DNA of 64,000 nt from the human T2T-CHM13v2.0 reference genome, Homo sapiens. Shown here in pieces: positions 62,201 to 64,000 of the stretch. The stretch is taken from assembly GCF_009914755.1 (NCBI RefSeq), contig NC_060925.1. One strand, 5' to 3'. The translations under genes were made by a program, and so were the position numbers. The notes under the pieces were generated by a model. It did no database searches and was not told the DNA's origin. It saw only the letters and a program-made list of their open reading frames with translations. Position 1 is the stretch's first letter; each line of letters opens with the position of its first letter.

Positions 62201-62641
62201 CCAAAACTCAAGTGCTAACCACTGGGATGGGTGAGTCCCCTCTGGCTAGGGCTGGTTTAAATACTACCTCTGTGGCAGGAGTCAGCTGATTTCAGCATTG
62301 TTTTGCTTTCTGCTATGACAAGGCACCACTGAGTTCAGTGCAGCGTCTCACAATTGCTGCACTCTTCCTCTCCAAAGTACACAGATTCATTCTCCATGCC
62401 ATGCAGCAGCTGCCAGGGAATACGGGGGGAAGAGTGGCATCAGTGATTCAAGACTGTCTCCTACCCTCTTCAGTGCCTCTTTCAGCAATATGAATTTAAA
62501 ACTAGGTACTGTGGGTGCTTGCTTGATTTTCTGTTCTTATGAGAGTGCTTTTTTTCATGTAGATGGTTATTAAATTGGTATCCTTGTGGGGGTGGAGTGG
62601 GACACAGTGGAGCGTTCTATTCGGCCAACCTGCTCTACTCC
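59290..62641 (-). mobile_element. L1MA/L1PB-type 5' half (5'UTR, ORF1, inter-ORF spacer)
   Basis: Minus-strand start ggagtagagcaggttggccgaatagaacgctcc. ORF1p coiled-coil remnant (NSRIDEAEERISELEDR) at 60251-60508 and C-terminal remnant at 59523-59711. Confidence 0.88.
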
Positions 62642-64000
62642 TTTTCTTCCATAGTCAAAGTTTCAGGGACACACTGATTAGAGTCAAACTATCAAAATTC
62701 ACAATATAAAAACATTTGATTCACAAGCTTTCAACACCATTGTGTTTAAAAACGTGTTCAAAAGTTAGTCCTGCTCTCAAATGTCCCATTTGGCAACAAT
62801 TTTGTTAGGTCCAATAAAATTCCTATTCACTAGATTTTAAAGTATTTAAATATGGCTGCTTTGAATGTTTTGAAGCCACAGCTGGTGCCAATGTGTTGAT
62901 AAAAATTATTCGGGAAAGCAAGTACAAGAATACGGATGACATTGATATACTTTCCAGGCAAGGTGTGTAGATCAAATGTCAAGCTATACTTGCCAGCTCT
63001 GATGAATAATTAGTGGAAACTTAGACATTTAGCACATGGCAGTATGTAGTTGAATAAAGAAAATTAAACACAATTTTAGAGTCTTACCATGTGCTGTCTT
63101 CCACTGGTTTCTATCACTGAGACTATGATATAAGTGGTTCTATGCTATTTTCTCCCCTTTACCTGCCACCAAACAAAATTAAATAATGTTACTCTCCTAT
63201 TTGTTTAGTATTATACATCTTGTAAAGTACTTTTACATGCATTGCTAATTTAGCCCTCACATACAAATAAAACGGAGTCTGTGAAACCGGCAAGGAAGGC
63301 ATTATTATTCATATTTTAAAAACTAAGAAAAGTGAAGTAACCTATGCAAAAATCAAGAAAAACAGTAAACCCATGAATTTTTTTGAAGTGCCCCAACTGT
63401 CAGTGCATCAACAAAAATTAACTCAAACACTCTGGAACTCATCAAACATTTAGAAACCTTTGGCTCACATCCTTAGGGGCCAGACCAGCTCCAGAGGGAC
63501 CAAGGAACAAGAATGGAGTTGGAGTGGGCTTCAGAAGCCCACTCTTGAAGCTCTATGAGTCTATTCAAGATGAATGAATTGCGGGATCGCTCTTAGGATC
63601 TGAAAGGAAAAGAGGATATCAATTCTAGGATGTTGTGTTAAGTTACAATAGTATATTCTAGTGGGTGGAATTGAGAGTATTTCTAATACCCAACAGCGTT
63701 AATAATACTGATACTTCAACTAAAAAAAAAAAAAATTTAAGCATCTGCCTTTGCTTATACATGGCTAGGTCTCAAATATTTCCAAACCATATGTGGATTT
63801 AACATGGATTTGATGATACTGTATAGCTGCTTTTTGATTTCTTGGTTGATTTTTTTGAGGTAGGGATTTTGGAAAGAGAACAGAAAAGGCCAAATGGAAA
63901 GGATTATTGCCAGAAAAATGTTTTAGTCCATGTTTCATTTCAAATTGTTGGATTTAAGAGTTCAATTTTGTTTGAGTTTATAATTTCCTGATGTTTTTGC

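Overview
Non-coding, repeat-rich primate genomic DNA, almost certainly human: it carries an AluYb8-type element and a young SVA of E/F type, both human-specific families. I found no recognisable cellular coding exon, RNA gene, CRISPR array or CpG-island promoter, so the window looks intronic or intergenic. I could not identify the locus. It opens inside an SVA (VNTR, SINE-R, polyA). It then contains a 5'-truncated L1PA2/3 inserted into a Tigger3b, several old L1M/L1PB/HAL1 pieces, about 13 Alus, MaLR/ERVL solo LTRs (MLT1, MSTA, MLT2), DNA-transposon relics (MADE1, MER47A, MER20, MER5, Tigger1) and many MIR/L2 fragments. The long ORFs derive from L1 or the SVA VNTR. The most notable details are: an expanded MADE1 hairpin of miR-548 type; a ~112-bp non-tandem templated duplication in an old L1; a ~37-bp micro-inversion in another L1; two compensating frameshifts that keep an L1 RT ORF open; and clusters of short perfect inverted repeats. 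I see no convincing evidence of a new biological system. Repeat family names come from recalled consensus sequences, not from a database search, and the boundaries of old repeats are approximate.
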